Below, piece after piece: positions 1 through 9,005 of a DNA stretch of 64,000 nt. The notes below the pieces were generated by a model. That model searched no databases. It was not told where the DNA came from and saw nothing but the letters and a program-made list of their open reading frames with translations. The DNA is from an uncultured Chloroflexia bacterium. GTDB taxonomy: Bacteria > Chloroflexota > Anaerolineae > Anaerolineales > Villigracilaceae. The stretch is taken from contig CAVWCJ010000006.1 in assembly GCA_963753465.1 (NCBI GenBank), positions 261,366 to 325,365 on the forward strand. The letters run 5' to 3'. A program made the translations under genes and the position numbers. Positions within the stretch are counted from its first letter, which is position 1. Each line of letters begins with the position of its first letter.

Positions 1-2
1 TG

Positions 3-515
3 CCGGACGGGCGCCTGCTCGCCACCGCCCGCCTGGAATACGACAGCTTCGGCGACGGCATGTTCGGCCATCCGCTGGGAGCCACCCTGATCACCGTCTC
101 CTCGCCGCCTTACACAACCTGGACTGACCTGCTGCAGAGCAAGGTCACCCGTCTGGACGGGCCGAATCTTTTTACCTACAATAATCGTATTTATGCCGTC
201 GGGCGCTACCAGGCGGACCTGGGCCACTCCGGTCCGCTGACTGACCAGGGCAGCGTCCTGGCCAGAAAGCGCACTTCCTTGTTCGAGGTGCGCACGGACG
301 GGCTGGCTTACCTGACCGACCTGCCCAGCGATGGAGACACGTCTTACGAGGGGGTGATCATCGTCGGCGACAAGGCATATATCTCCTACTACACCAGCCC
401 GATCAACCACGACTATGCCTGGATCCTGGGGATGGCTTCCCCTTCCCAGGTACGCATGGCGGTGGTGGATTTGAAAGCGATGCAGGCCCTGGCGGACCAG
501 ACCCAGGCGCACTGA
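3..515 (+). CDS. hypothetical protein, C-terminal fragment (gene starts upstream of the window)
   Basis: The frame is open from base 3 to the TGA at 513-515. ORF track 60..515 is the Met-initiated part. No family recognised by eye. Confidence 0.6.
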   Translation, partial: PDGRLLATARLEYDSFGDGMFGHPLGATLITVSSPPYTTWTDLLQSKVTRLDGPNLFTYNNRIYAVGRYQADLGHSGPLTDQGSVLARKRTSLFEVRTDGLAYLTDLPSDGDTSYEGVIIVGDKAYISYYTSPINHDYAWILGMASPSQVRMAVVDLKAMQALADQTQAH

Positions 516-535
516 ACCCCCACCTGAGCTTAAAT

Positions 536-571
536 ACTGTTTCCGGCACCTGTTCGCGTGCCGGAAACAGT
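536..571 (+). terminator. strong hairpin between convergent genes, candidate terminator
   Basis: Perfect 14-bp stem ACTGTTTCCGGCAC / GTGCCGGAAACAGT with an 8-nt loop, 21 nt after the stop at 515. The trailing sequence GCATTTAAAAAC is only a weak U-tract. Confidence 0.4.
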
Positions 572-713
572 GCATTTAAAAACGGAAGTGGGCTTCACCC
601 AAAAAGGTGGCGAAGCGGAAGAGCTGGCGCACCTTCTGTACTTTCCGCCCATCGATAAGGTCCAACCCGATCCGAGTTTAGACCTTCCCAATGGATGAAT
701 GCCAACGGTTTTG

Positions 714-754
714 ATAAAAAATGGCCGGCCGCGCCAGGAAAGGCGGGACCGGCC
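714..754 (-). terminator. intrinsic terminator downstream of lpdA
   Basis: The minus-strand RNA reads GGCCGGUCCCGCC-UUUCCU-GGCGCGGCCGGCC (12 of 13 pairs), followed by AUUUUUUAU. It lies about 22 nt after the lpdA stop at 777. Confidence 0.75.
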
Positions 755-776
755 GTGAGCTTCGTCTTTCACATAA

Positions 777-2177
777 TTAAATTTGGATCGGCATGCCCTC
801 GGCAACATGCGCGGCTTCCATCAGCGTTTCGGTGAGGGTCGGGTGGGCATGAATGTTGCGCCCGATCTCGACCGGGGTCAGCTCCATCATGTGCGCCAGG
901 GTCAGTTCCGGCAGCAGCTCGGTCACTTCGGGCCCGATCAGGTGCGCCCCCAGGATCTCACCATACTTCTCGTCCACCACCAGCTTGACCCAGCCCGAGT
1001 AGTCGCCCAGGCCAAGCGCCTTGCCATTGGCCTGGAAGGGAAAACGCCCCACTTTAACCTTATAACCGCGCTGCGCCGCCTGCGCCTCGGTCAGCCCGAA
1101 GGAGGCAATCTGTGGCTGGCAGTAGGTGGCGCGCGGCATCATCTCGTAGTCCAAGGTGACCGTCTCCACGCCAGCGATATTCTCGGCACAGACAATGCCC
1201 ATTGCTGAGCCGACGTGGGCCAGCATCAGCTTGCCGGTCACATCGCCGATGGCCCAAATTCCCGGGATATTGGTGGCCATTTTATTATTGATCTCGACGA
1301 AGCCGCGATCCGAGACCTGGACACCGGTTTCCTCCAGCCCCAGGTCTTTCGAGTTTGGCCGGAAGCCGATGGCAACCAGGGCCTGGTCCGCTTCGAGGAC
1401 CTTGCGGGCACCTTCGGCGGAAACGGTCACCTTGACGCCTGTCTTCCCCGCCTCGACTGATTCGACCTTATGGCCGACCAGGGTCTGGATGCCGCGCTTG
1501 TCAAAGGCTTTCCTCAGCTCGGAGGAGACTTCCTCGTCCTCCAGCGGCACCAGGCGCGGCAGCATCTCGACGATCGTGACCTCCACGCCGTATGCATCCC
1601 AGATGGTGGCGAACTCGACGCCGATCGCCCCGGAGCCGATGATGATCACCGACTTGGGCAGCTTTTCCTGCAGGATGGCCTCCCGGTAAGTGACGATTTT
1701 CTGGCCGTCCACTTTCCAGCCTGCCGGGACCGCCGCGTTGGCGCCGGTGGCGATAACGATATTCCTGGCCTTGAGCTCGGTGACCTTGCCATCCTTGTCG
1801 GTCACGGCGAGGCTGTCCCTTGCGGTCAGCTTTGCCGCGCCGAGATGAACAGCAATGTTATTCTTCTTCATTAAGAAGTTAACCCCCTTCACCAGCCGAT
1901 CGGCGTTTTGGCGAGAGCGCTTGACGGCAGCCCCATAGTCCAGCTTGAGGTTATCGAACGAGAAGCCGAATTCCTTGCCGCGCTCGCGCAGGGTATGCGC
2001 CACCTCGGCATTCTTGAGCAGCGACTTGGAGGGGATGCAGCCCACGTTCAGGCACACGCCGCCCAGCCACTCCTTGTCCACGATGGCGGCCTTCTTACCG
2101 AGCTGGGCAGCGCGGATCGCGCATACATAGCCTGCTGGTCCCGCGCCGACGACAACGACATCGTACATTTCAGCCAT
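777..2177 (-). CDS. lpdA: dihydrolipoyl dehydrogenase (E3)
   Basis: 466 aa. It has the N-terminal FAD fold VVVVGAGPAGY and the redox-active disulfide motif GGVCLNVGCIPSK. Length and C-terminal dimerisation region are typical of the family. Confidence 0.95.
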   Translation of the reverse strand: MAEMYDVVVVGAGPAGYVCAIRAAQLGKKAAIVDKEWLGGVCLNVGCIPSKSLLKNAEVAHTLRERGKEFGFSFDNLKLDYGAAVKRSRQNADRLVKGVNFLMKKNNIAVHLGAAKLTARDSLAVTDKDGKVTELKARNIVIATGANAAVPAGWKVDGQKIVTYREAILQEKLPKSVIIIGSGAIGVEFATIWDAYGVEVTIVEMLPRLVPLEDEEVSSELRKAFDKRGIQTLVGHKVESVEAGKTGVKVTVSAEGARKVLEADQALVAIGFRPNSKDLGLEETGVQVSDRGFVEINNKMATNIPGIWAIGDVTGKLMLAHVGSAMGIVCAENIAGVETVTLDYEMMPRATYCQPQIASFGLTEAQAAQRGYKVKVGRFPFQANGKALGLGDYSGWVKLVVDEKYGEILGAHLIGPEVTELLPELTLAHMMELTPVEIGRNIHAHPTLTETLMEAAHVAEGMPIQI

Positions 2178-2253
2178 AAAATACTCCCTATTTGAATATG
2201 ATCCAACCTAACCAATAAATATACCGATGACCAATGCTCAGGTCCTGTTCCGG

Positions 2254-3336
2254 TCAGGCAGTTGCGCCGGGCGCGGCCGGGGCAAGCTTTTGCAGGTCGT
2301 GAATGTGATAATACACGCGCAGCCCGACCAGGAACAGACCGGTCAGCAGGGCAACCGCAAAAAGGACCAATTCGCCATAAGGGAAAGGAATGGTCACGAA
2401 ATAATCGACGATGAACCAGATGAGCATCGGCAGACCGATCAGCGCCATCCACAGCCGGGCGGGGATCTCCTGGCTGAAGAATTTTTCCTGCGCCAGGCAC
2501 CCCACCAAGGCAAGGGCCCAAAAAATCACCAGCAGCAGGGTCTGCAAACCAAGGAATGAGGCATTGATCCGGCCGAACAGGTACGCAAGATAGACCGCCG
2601 GAACAATGGCGTACAAGCCACTAATGATAAAGGGGGCAAACCCGATTTTCGGACGGATCAGGCTGGCAACTCCCCAGAGGATCAAGGCAAACATGGCGAT
2701 AAACATCAGCCGGACCACTGAGTTCCACAAGACCAGCAGGATGAAGATAATCAGGCTGAACAGGACCGCAAACATTTTCCAGACACTGGCAACGGTATCG
2801 GCGTTGATCAGGAGCGGGTCGTGTCCAAAAAATTTATTTACTTCGGAGAGAGGGATTACCTGGTAATTGCCAGTGTTGCTCAGAAAGTGAAGATCGGTGC
2901 GCGTGAGCAATATCCCTTCGGTGTAGCGGGACGTGTCGATGGAGGTGATCTGGCCGGTCGTATCGACGGCGATAAAGATTACACCGCTGCTGGTCCGCTG
3001 ATTCACCAGGATGGCCGGCTGCGGCCCGTCGACTTCTGCAATTCCATTCCGGATGGTGATCTTTGGAATGACCCCCTTCGTGTACTGATCGCGGATATCC
3101 TGGCTGACGCCAATCATGGAACTGCCCATCTTTATTGTGGTCAGGATAGTAATAAGGATGGTAAAAACAAAAAAGAACAGGATGGCCATTCCGACCCTGC
3201 GCTTGGAAACCTTCCGGTAGAACGACAGGCTCCCCAGAGGAAGGACCGCGCCGGCAGCAAACCAGCCAAGCTCAGACAGGCAACCCGGGCGATCATTAGA
3301 ACTTGCTTTTGGGATAAGTTCACTTGATGGGTTCAT
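2254..3336 (-). CDS. polytopic membrane protein, DUF1189-like architecture
   Basis: 360 aa. It has an N-terminal TM helix, a roughly 120-aa soluble loop and then 5-6 C-terminal TM helices. It sits between E2 and E3. The family assignment is by architecture only. Confidence 0.7.
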   Translation of the reverse strand: MNPSSELIPKASSNDRPGCLSELGWFAAGAVLPLGSLSFYRKVSKRRVGMAILFFFVFTILITILTTIKMGSSMIGVSQDIRDQYTKGVIPKITIRNGIAEVDGPQPAILVNQRTSSGVIFIAVDTTGQITSIDTSRYTEGILLTRTDLHFLSNTGNYQVIPLSEVNKFFGHDPLLINADTVASVWKMFAVLFSLIIFILLVLWNSVVRLMFIAMFALILWGVASLIRPKIGFAPFIISGLYAIVPAVYLAYLFGRINASFLGLQTLLLVIFWALALVGCLAQEKFFSQEIPARLWMALIGLPMLIWFIVDYFVTIPFPYGELVLFAVALLTGLFLVGLRVYYHIHDLQKLAPAAPGATA

Positions 3337-3504
3337 TGTCCACCTCCTCCTAGATGAAGTCCTGCTGGAGGGAATTATAGTCTATTTCACCTGCCCGAAC
3401 TCTCCCTTGAGACCAACCGGTGACCCCGGCACTGCTTCTAAAATAGACCGGCAGGAGATCACTACAAAAAGCGCCTGGTCCGCGCCAGATAAGCCGTGAG
3501 GAGG

Positions 3505-3636
3505 CTAGACAGGACGATGAGGATCCCCGGTCAATGCCTGAGAAAAGACATCGGGAAGGGCTGCGCCCAGGTGGCCAAACAGGACGAAAGGCAGGAGAAC
3601 CCGCAGCGGGGCATGTTGAAAACTTTGTTCGTTCAT
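3505..3636 (-). CDS. possible 43-aa micro-ORF translationally coupled to E2 (speculative)
   Basis: ATG at 3636-3634 overlaps the E2 TGA (ATGA overlap). The peptide is MNEQSFQHAPLRVLLPFVLFGHLGAALPDVFSQALTGDPHRPV, with a hydrophobic core. There is no other support. Confidence 0.2.
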   Translation of the reverse strand: MNEQSFQHAPLRVLLPFVLFGHLGAALPDVFSQALTGDPHRPV

Positions 3637-5004
3637 GCCCACTTTTCCAGCGCGTCTTTGACTTTGGCCAGGAACCAATCCGCGGAAGCGCCGTCCAGGA
3701 TGCGGTGATCGAAAGTCAGGGATATATAAACCATCGAGCGGATGGCAATGGCATCGTTGATGACTACCGGGCGCTTCTGGATGGCACCCACCCCGAGGAT
3801 TGCGCACTGCGGCTGGCTGATGATCGGCGTGGCGAACAGCGACCCACTGACCCCGTGGTTGGTGATGGTGAACGTGCCGCCTTTGACCTCCTCCGGCTGG
3901 AGCTTCCTCTCCCGGGCACGACCTGCCAGGTCGTTGACCACCCGGGCGATGCCCAGCAGGGACAGCCGATCGGCGTTCCGAATGACCGGCACAATCAGCC
4001 CCGCCTCGCCCAGCGATGTAGCGAGACCGATGTTGATTGCCGAATGGACCAGAATCCCGGCATCACTCCAGGAGGAATTAACCAGTGGATACGCCTTCAA
4101 TGCCGCCACCACAGCAGCTACAAAATAAGCAGTATAAGTCAGGTTGGCTCCGTCGCGGGCAAAAGCCGTCTTGTTGTCTTCACGGTGAGCCACGACTTTA
4201 ACCAGGTCGGCCTCCATCACCGTGGTCACATGCGGGGAGGTGCGTTTGCTGGACAGCATATGCTCGGCAATCTGACGACGGATGTTCGTATGCGGGATCA
4301 GGTTGTCATGGCTTCCATTCCCCTCCGGCAGGGACATGGGGCGAACGGGTGTCCCCGCACCAGCCTGTTCCTCGGATCCAAAGACCAGTTCCGTCGGGCG
4401 GAATAGATCACCGTCTGCCGGAGTCTCCCAGACGGCTACTCCGGCCGCCTGGTCGACACCTTCCCGGTTTCCTTCCATGAATGACAACACATCCTTCTTG
4501 GTGATCCGGCCTCTTGAGCCCGTTCCTTTGACCCTGTGCAGATCGACATTGTGTTCGCGAGCGATCCTGGCAACGACCGGCGAGATAAAACCTAAATCCT
4601 GTTCGGGCGGGGCAGACACCCCCGGGGCACTCCCCAACCCGATCGCCGCGACAAACCCAGCCGGGGCGCGCTGCCCGCCCTGATGAGCAGAGAATCCTCT
4701 CCTCCGCGGCAGCCGGCTGCCGCAAGGCGCCCTGCAGCGAACCCGTATCAGCGGGGATTTCCTCCCCGGGCAGTCCGACCCAGGCGATGGTCGTGCCGGC
4801 CTTGACCGTTGTCCCTTCCGGGACAAGAGCCTTCAGGAGGATGCCCTCCGCAGGACTGGGGATCTCCGTGACGACTTTGTCAGTCTCGACCTCCAGCAGG
4901 GATTCCATATTGGCGATCTTTTCGCCCTGGGCCTTGAGCCACTTGACCACTGTTCCCTCGACTACGGATTCGCCCAGCTGGGGCATGATTACTTTTGTGG
5001 GCAT
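3633..5004 (-). pseudogene. dihydrolipoamide acyltransferase (2-oxoacid dehydrogenase E2); reading frame broken once in the linker (pseudogene or indel error)
   Basis: The lipoyl domain (MPQLGESVVEGTVVKWL...EVETDKV) is in the frame of ORF 4408..5004. The PSBD (GFISPVVARIAREHNVDL...GTGSRGRITKKDV) and catalytic domain (DHRILDG) are in the frame of ORF 3633..4826. Total length is 1372 nt (3n+1). Confidence 0.9.
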
Positions 5005-5051
5005 AAGTCAAACCTTTTCATAAGTCTCTGCATCCTGAGCGGTGACTATTT

Positions 5052-6035
5052 TTAATACGCGGCCAGATCCCGCATGGCAGCTGCGATTTTCTCCGGATTG
5101 AGCATGAACCAGTCCTGGAAAGGGTGGCTGAACGGCACGGCAGGCACGTCCGGACCCGCCAGGCGGCGCACCGGTGCATCCAGGTCGGTAAAAGCGCCCT
5201 CGGCAATGGAGGCAGCCACCTCGGCGCCGTAGCCACCGGTCAGGTTGTCCTCGTAAACGACGAGTGCCTTGCCCGTTTTGCGTACGGAAGCCAGGATGGT
5301 CTCACGGTCGACAGGGTAAAGTGTGCGCAGGTCGACCACCTCAACATCGATGCCTTCAGCCGCGACCTTCTCAGCTGCCTGCTGGGTGTAATAATGCATC
5401 ATGCCGTAAGCGAAGACACTCAGGTCCGCGCCCTGGCGGGTGACCTTGGCTGGCCCGATTGGGACAGTATATTCATCTTCCGGGACTTCGCCCTTGATCA
5501 TCCGGTAGCCCTTCTTCGGCTCGAAGAAAATGACCGGGTTTGGGTCGCGCACAGCTGATTTAAGCAGCCCCTTGGCGTCATACGGGTTGGACGGCACGAC
5601 CGCTTTCAACCCGGGTGTATGCGTGAAGAATGCCTCCAGCGACTGTGAGTGGTAAAGCCCTCCACCAATCCCACCGCCATATGGAGCGCGTATGACCATC
5701 GGGACGGTCCACTCGCCATTGGAGCGGTAGCACATTTTGGCGGCTTCGTTGATGATCTGGTTGAAAGCCGGGTGGATGAAGTCAGAAAATTGGATTTCGC
5801 ACACGGGGTGCATGCCGTACAGCGCCGCGCCAATCCCCACCCCGACAATGGAGGCTTCCGCCAGCGGCGAGTCGATCACGCGCCCTCCGCCGTATTTGTC
5901 GAACAGCCCCGCCGTGGCACGGAAGACGCCGCCGCGCTGGCCCACATCCTCGCCGACGATGAAAACATCCGGATCGCGGGCGAGCTCCTCGTCCAATGCC
6001 TGGCGGACGGCATCCACCAGGGTCATCTCAGGCAT
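5052..6035 (-). CDS. 2-oxoacid dehydrogenase E1 component, beta subunit
   Basis: Begins MPEMTLVDAVRQALDEEL...FIVGEDVG..GGVFR, a typical E1-beta N-terminus. The internal ATG at 6035 overlaps the E1-alpha stop (ATGCCTGA). The ORF-track extension upstream overlaps E1-alpha and is Arg-rich junk. Confidence 0.93.
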   Translation of the reverse strand: MPEMTLVDAVRQALDEELARDPDVFIVGEDVGQRGGVFRATAGLFDKYGGGRVIDSPLAEASIVGVGIGAALYGMHPVCEIQFSDFIHPAFNQIINEAAKMCYRSNGEWTVPMVIRAPYGGGIGGGLYHSQSLEAFFTHTPGLKAVVPSNPYDAKGLLKSAVRDPNPVIFFEPKKGYRMIKGEVPEDEYTVPIGPAKVTRQGADLSVFAYGMMHYYTQQAAEKVAAEGIDVEVVDLRTLYPVDRETILASVRKTGKALVVYEDNLTGGYGAEVAASIAEGAFTDLDAPVRRLAGPDVPAVPFSHPFQDWFMLNPEKIAAAMRDLAAY

Positions 6036-7050
6036 GAGCCACCTCCTTAGCCTCGACGCGAGGCCGTTCCTCCCGGGCGATCTGTTCGGCGTAGACCGGA
6101 TAGAGGGCCTCTTCGACTGCCGGATACGGCGCGGCGATCGCGTCTGCCACCGCCTGGTCAACGATCGTCTTCGCTGTGGCTTCCAGTTCCTCCATTTTTG
6201 CTTTGGTCAGGATTTTTTTGTTCTGCAGGGTGCGCTGGGCGACCAGCAGGGGATCGTCCTTCTTGTGTTCCTCGACCTCCTCCCGTGACCGGTAGCTGCG
6301 GTCGTCATCGTCGGACGAATGCGGGGTCAGGCGGTATGCCCGGGCCTCGACAATCGTCGGTCCCTGACCGGAGCGGGCACGGCCGACCGCTTCGGTCATG
6401 ACATCGTACACCTTGAGCATGTCCGTCCCATCTACAGCGACGCCGGGCAGGCCAAGGCCGCAGGCCTTATCCGCTGAGCTGGGCACGGCCATTTGCTTCT
6501 CCTGCGGCTCCGAAATGGCATAGGAATTGTTTTGAACGATGAAGATGACCGGCAGCTTGTGAATCGCCGCCCAGTTAACTGCCTCATACCACTCTCCCTC
6601 GGCCGTCGATCCCTCCCCGATGGAGGTGATGACGACCTTATCCTCACCGCGCAGCTTGATCGCCAGGCCGATCCCGGCCGCGTGCAGGGATTGGGTGGCA
6701 ACCGGTGCAGAATGGCTGACAAGGTTCGCCCGCCTTAAGCTCCAGTGACTGGGCATCTGGCGGGCGCCGGAGGTTGGTTCTCCCTTCTTCCCCATCAAGC
6801 CGAGCATGAACTCGAAGGGGGTCATCCCAAGGGCAATATTTAATGCCAGGTCGCGGTAGTAGGGCACCACCCAGTCGTAGCCACGCTTGACGGCGAATGC
6901 CGCCCCAACCTGGGTTGCCTCCTGGCCGATACCGGAGATATGAAAGGCAATCTTGCCCTGACGGTGAAGCACCCAGGCGCGCTCATCCGTGCGCCGGGAG
7001 AGCAGTAAAATCCAGTACATTTCAAGCAAGGTTTCTTTTGGTAAATCCAT
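6028..7050 (-). CDS. 2-oxoacid dehydrogenase E1 component, alpha subunit (TPP-dependent)
   Basis: 340 aa with the TPP-binding region GEGSTAEGEWYEAVNWAA..LPVIFIVQNNSYAIS. It is the first gene of the E1a-E1b-E2 array. Confidence 0.93.
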   Translation of the reverse strand: MDLPKETLLEMYWILLLSRRTDERAWVLHRQGKIAFHISGIGQEATQVGAAFAVKRGYDWVVPYYRDLALNIALGMTPFEFMLGLMGKKGEPTSGARQMPSHWSLRRANLVSHSAPVATQSLHAAGIGLAIKLRGEDKVVITSIGEGSTAEGEWYEAVNWAAIHKLPVIFIVQNNSYAISEPQEKQMAVPSSADKACGLGLPGVAVDGTDMLKVYDVMTEAVGRARSGQGPTIVEARAYRLTPHSSDDDDRSYRSREEVEEHKKDDPLLVAQRTLQNKKILTKAKMEELEATAKTIVDQAVADAIAAPYPAVEEALYPVYAEQIAREERPRVEAKEVAHA

Positions 7051-7170
7051 AGGACGTCTCCGAGGGGATAAATTATATCTTATTTATTAAAATAACCAAG
7101 GGCGGCAAAAGTTACGCTCATTTTTTCCTTAGAAAAGGGGCCCCCGGACAGGAGGTTTAAGGAAGGGTTC

Positions 7171-7199
7171 AAAAAAATCCCTCCGCGTTTGCGGAGGGA
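7171..7199 (-). terminator. intrinsic terminator after the radical SAM gene
   Basis: The minus-strand RNA reads UCCCUCCGC-AAAC-GCGGAGGGA followed by UUUUUUU. It lies 112 nt downstream of the stop at 7311. Confidence 0.75.
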
Positions 7200-7310
7200 A
7201 GGGGAGCTTTCAATCAAGAATTGAAACCGATGAATACGCAGAACGGGAAAAACGCACCGAATCCTTCCCATTCGCCATTCCCCATCTGCTTTCGAAATTT
7301 CAGAAATTTT

Positions 7311-8789
7311 CTAAAGAATATGCAGATCGGCCACTTGGCGGAAGTGGTAGCCGTAGATCGCCAGGGTGATCGCCAGTGGAAACATCTGGGGCTTGCGGAG
7401 GAGAGTCCACACGAACAGCTTCCAGTATTGGATGCGCTCCTTGCCCAGGATGCCCAGGCGCAGGACGGAGCGGAAAAATGCCCGGATATATTCCGAATTG
7501 ATCGGGATCCTTATTTTCGGCGCCTTGTATTCGCGCAGGAAGGTGCGCACGCGTGTGTAGTAATTTTTCGGTGCATAGAGATAATTGATAACCGATCGAT
7601 ATCCCTTTTGAAGCACTTCAAGATTCATCTTGGGAACAATATTGGTCGTTCCATCGACATTATCCCCCGTCGTGTCCCCGCGCAATCGGCCTTCCCCGGC
7701 CAGGCGTTGGTACAGACGCGTGCCGATGGGCGCCTGGAGCAGACCAACCATGGCCGTCACAATGCCGCTCGCCTGGATGAAGTCGATCTGGCGCTGGAAA
7801 ATGGACGGGGTGTCGCTGTCGAAACCAATGATGAAGCCGCCCTGGACCTGCAGGCCGGCGCGCTGCATTCGCTTGACGTCTTCGACCAGATCACGGTGCA
7901 GGTTCTGTTTCTTATTGCACTCCGCCAGGCTGTCATTATCCGGAGTCTCGACGCCGACGAAGACCGTATCGAAACCCGCCTTGACCATCAAATTCATCAA
8001 GGTTTCGTCATCCGCCAGATTGATGGACACTTCAGTGTTGAAAGGGATCCCTTTTTTTCCTTCACGCCATTTAATTAAGGCGGGCAGCAGGTCTTCCTGG
8101 AGAAATCTTTTGTTCCCGATAAGGTTGTCGTCGACAAAAAATACAGGCTCCCTCCACCCGAGCTGGTACAACGCGTCCAGCTCGCGCAGGATCTGCCCGG
8201 AGGTCTTGACCCGCGGCTTGTGTCCGAATAAAGAGGTGATGTTGCAGAATTCACAGTCAAAGGGGCAACCGCGTGAATACTGGATTGACATGGTCGCATA
8301 GTGCTTTAAATCGGCCAACTCCCAGGCCGGCGCGGGAGTTTGCTGGAGATCCGGAAACTCCTCAGAGGTGTAGACGCGCTGCGCAGTGCCCTGCTCCAGG
8401 TCTTGCAGGAAGGGAGCCAGGGTCGTCTCGGCTTCATTCAGCACGAAATGGTCGACGTCTTCGAATTGCTCATATTCGCTGGTGAAGAGCGGCCCGCCGG
8501 CCACGACTTTGAGCCCGGCTGCCTTGCAGCGGTTGATCACCTGGATAGTCGATGCCTTTTGCACCACCATGGCGCTGATGAAAACAATATCCGCCCAGGC
8601 CAGGTCCTGGTCGGTGAGCTTGCGAATGTTCAGGTCGACCAGGTGCTTCTCCCAGGAAGCAGGAAGCATGGCGGCAACGGTGAGCAGACCCAGGGGTGGC
8701 GTGGAGGCTTTTTTATGAATAAATTGCAGGGCGTGCTTAAAACTCCAGAACGTATCCGGGAATTCCGGGTAAACCAAAAGAATTTTCAA
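7311..8789 (-). CDS. B12-binding domain radical SAM protein (DUF4070-type C-terminus)
   Basis: The N-terminus KILLVYPEFPDTFWSF...PPLGLLTVAAML is cobalamin-binding-like. The radical SAM cluster motif is CPFDCEFC. The start is set to the TTG at 8789, preceded by GGAGG; the ORF-track start at 8882 adds 31 unlikely residues. Confidence 0.88.
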   Translation of the reverse strand: MKILLVYPEFPDTFWSFKHALQFIHKKASTPPLGLLTVAAMLPASWEKHLVDLNIRKLTDQDLAWADIVFISAMVVQKASTIQVINRCKAAGLKVVAGGPLFTSEYEQFEDVDHFVLNEAETTLAPFLQDLEQGTAQRVYTSEEFPDLQQTPAPAWELADLKHYATMSIQYSRGCPFDCEFCNITSLFGHKPRVKTSGQILRELDALYQLGWREPVFFVDDNLIGNKRFLQEDLLPALIKWREGKKGIPFNTEVSINLADDETLMNLMVKAGFDTVFVGVETPDNDSLAECNKKQNLHRDLVEDVKRMQRAGLQVQGGFIIGFDSDTPSIFQRQIDFIQASGIVTAMVGLLQAPIGTRLYQRLAGEGRLRGDTTGDNVDGTTNIVPKMNLEVLQKGYRSVINYLYAPKNYYTRVRTFLREYKAPKIRIPINSEYIRAFFRSVLRLGILGKERIQYWKLFVWTLLRKPQMFPLAITLAIYGYHFRQVADLHIL

Positions 8790-9005
8790 TTCAGCCTCCG
8801 ATTTGGGATGGCACGAAAAAATGGGTCGGCAAGACCTGCGCCGCCAATTTTCGATAATAACCTGCATTATAGCCAACTCCAATTACCGCCCCCAGATGGA
8901 TAGGAATTGATTAGCTGGCGGATAGCTAATGGATAGCTTTTCCCCCCAGCATCCCTGGCAAGGTTGTATGCGGAAGGAGGGGGAAAAATGGCGGCTGATC
9001 GCCGT

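Noticed and set aside
530-808. 92-aa minus-strand ORF in the convergent intergenic region
   Set aside because: It spans two hairpin/terminator structures and overlaps the lpdA 3-prime end. It is most likely non-coding.
7221-8078. 285-aa plus-strand ORF overlapping the radical SAM gene and its terminator
   Set aside because: It runs opposite the CxxxCxxC-containing rSAM frame and through a minus-strand terminator. It has no supporting signals.
7311-8789. The radical SAM gene as the missing AmmeMemoRadiSam partner of the AMMECR1 gene at 49.5 kb
   Set aside because: It is 40 kb away. It is of the B12-binding/DUF4070 class rather than the small AmmeMemo-associated rSAM type, and no Memo-like gene is present.
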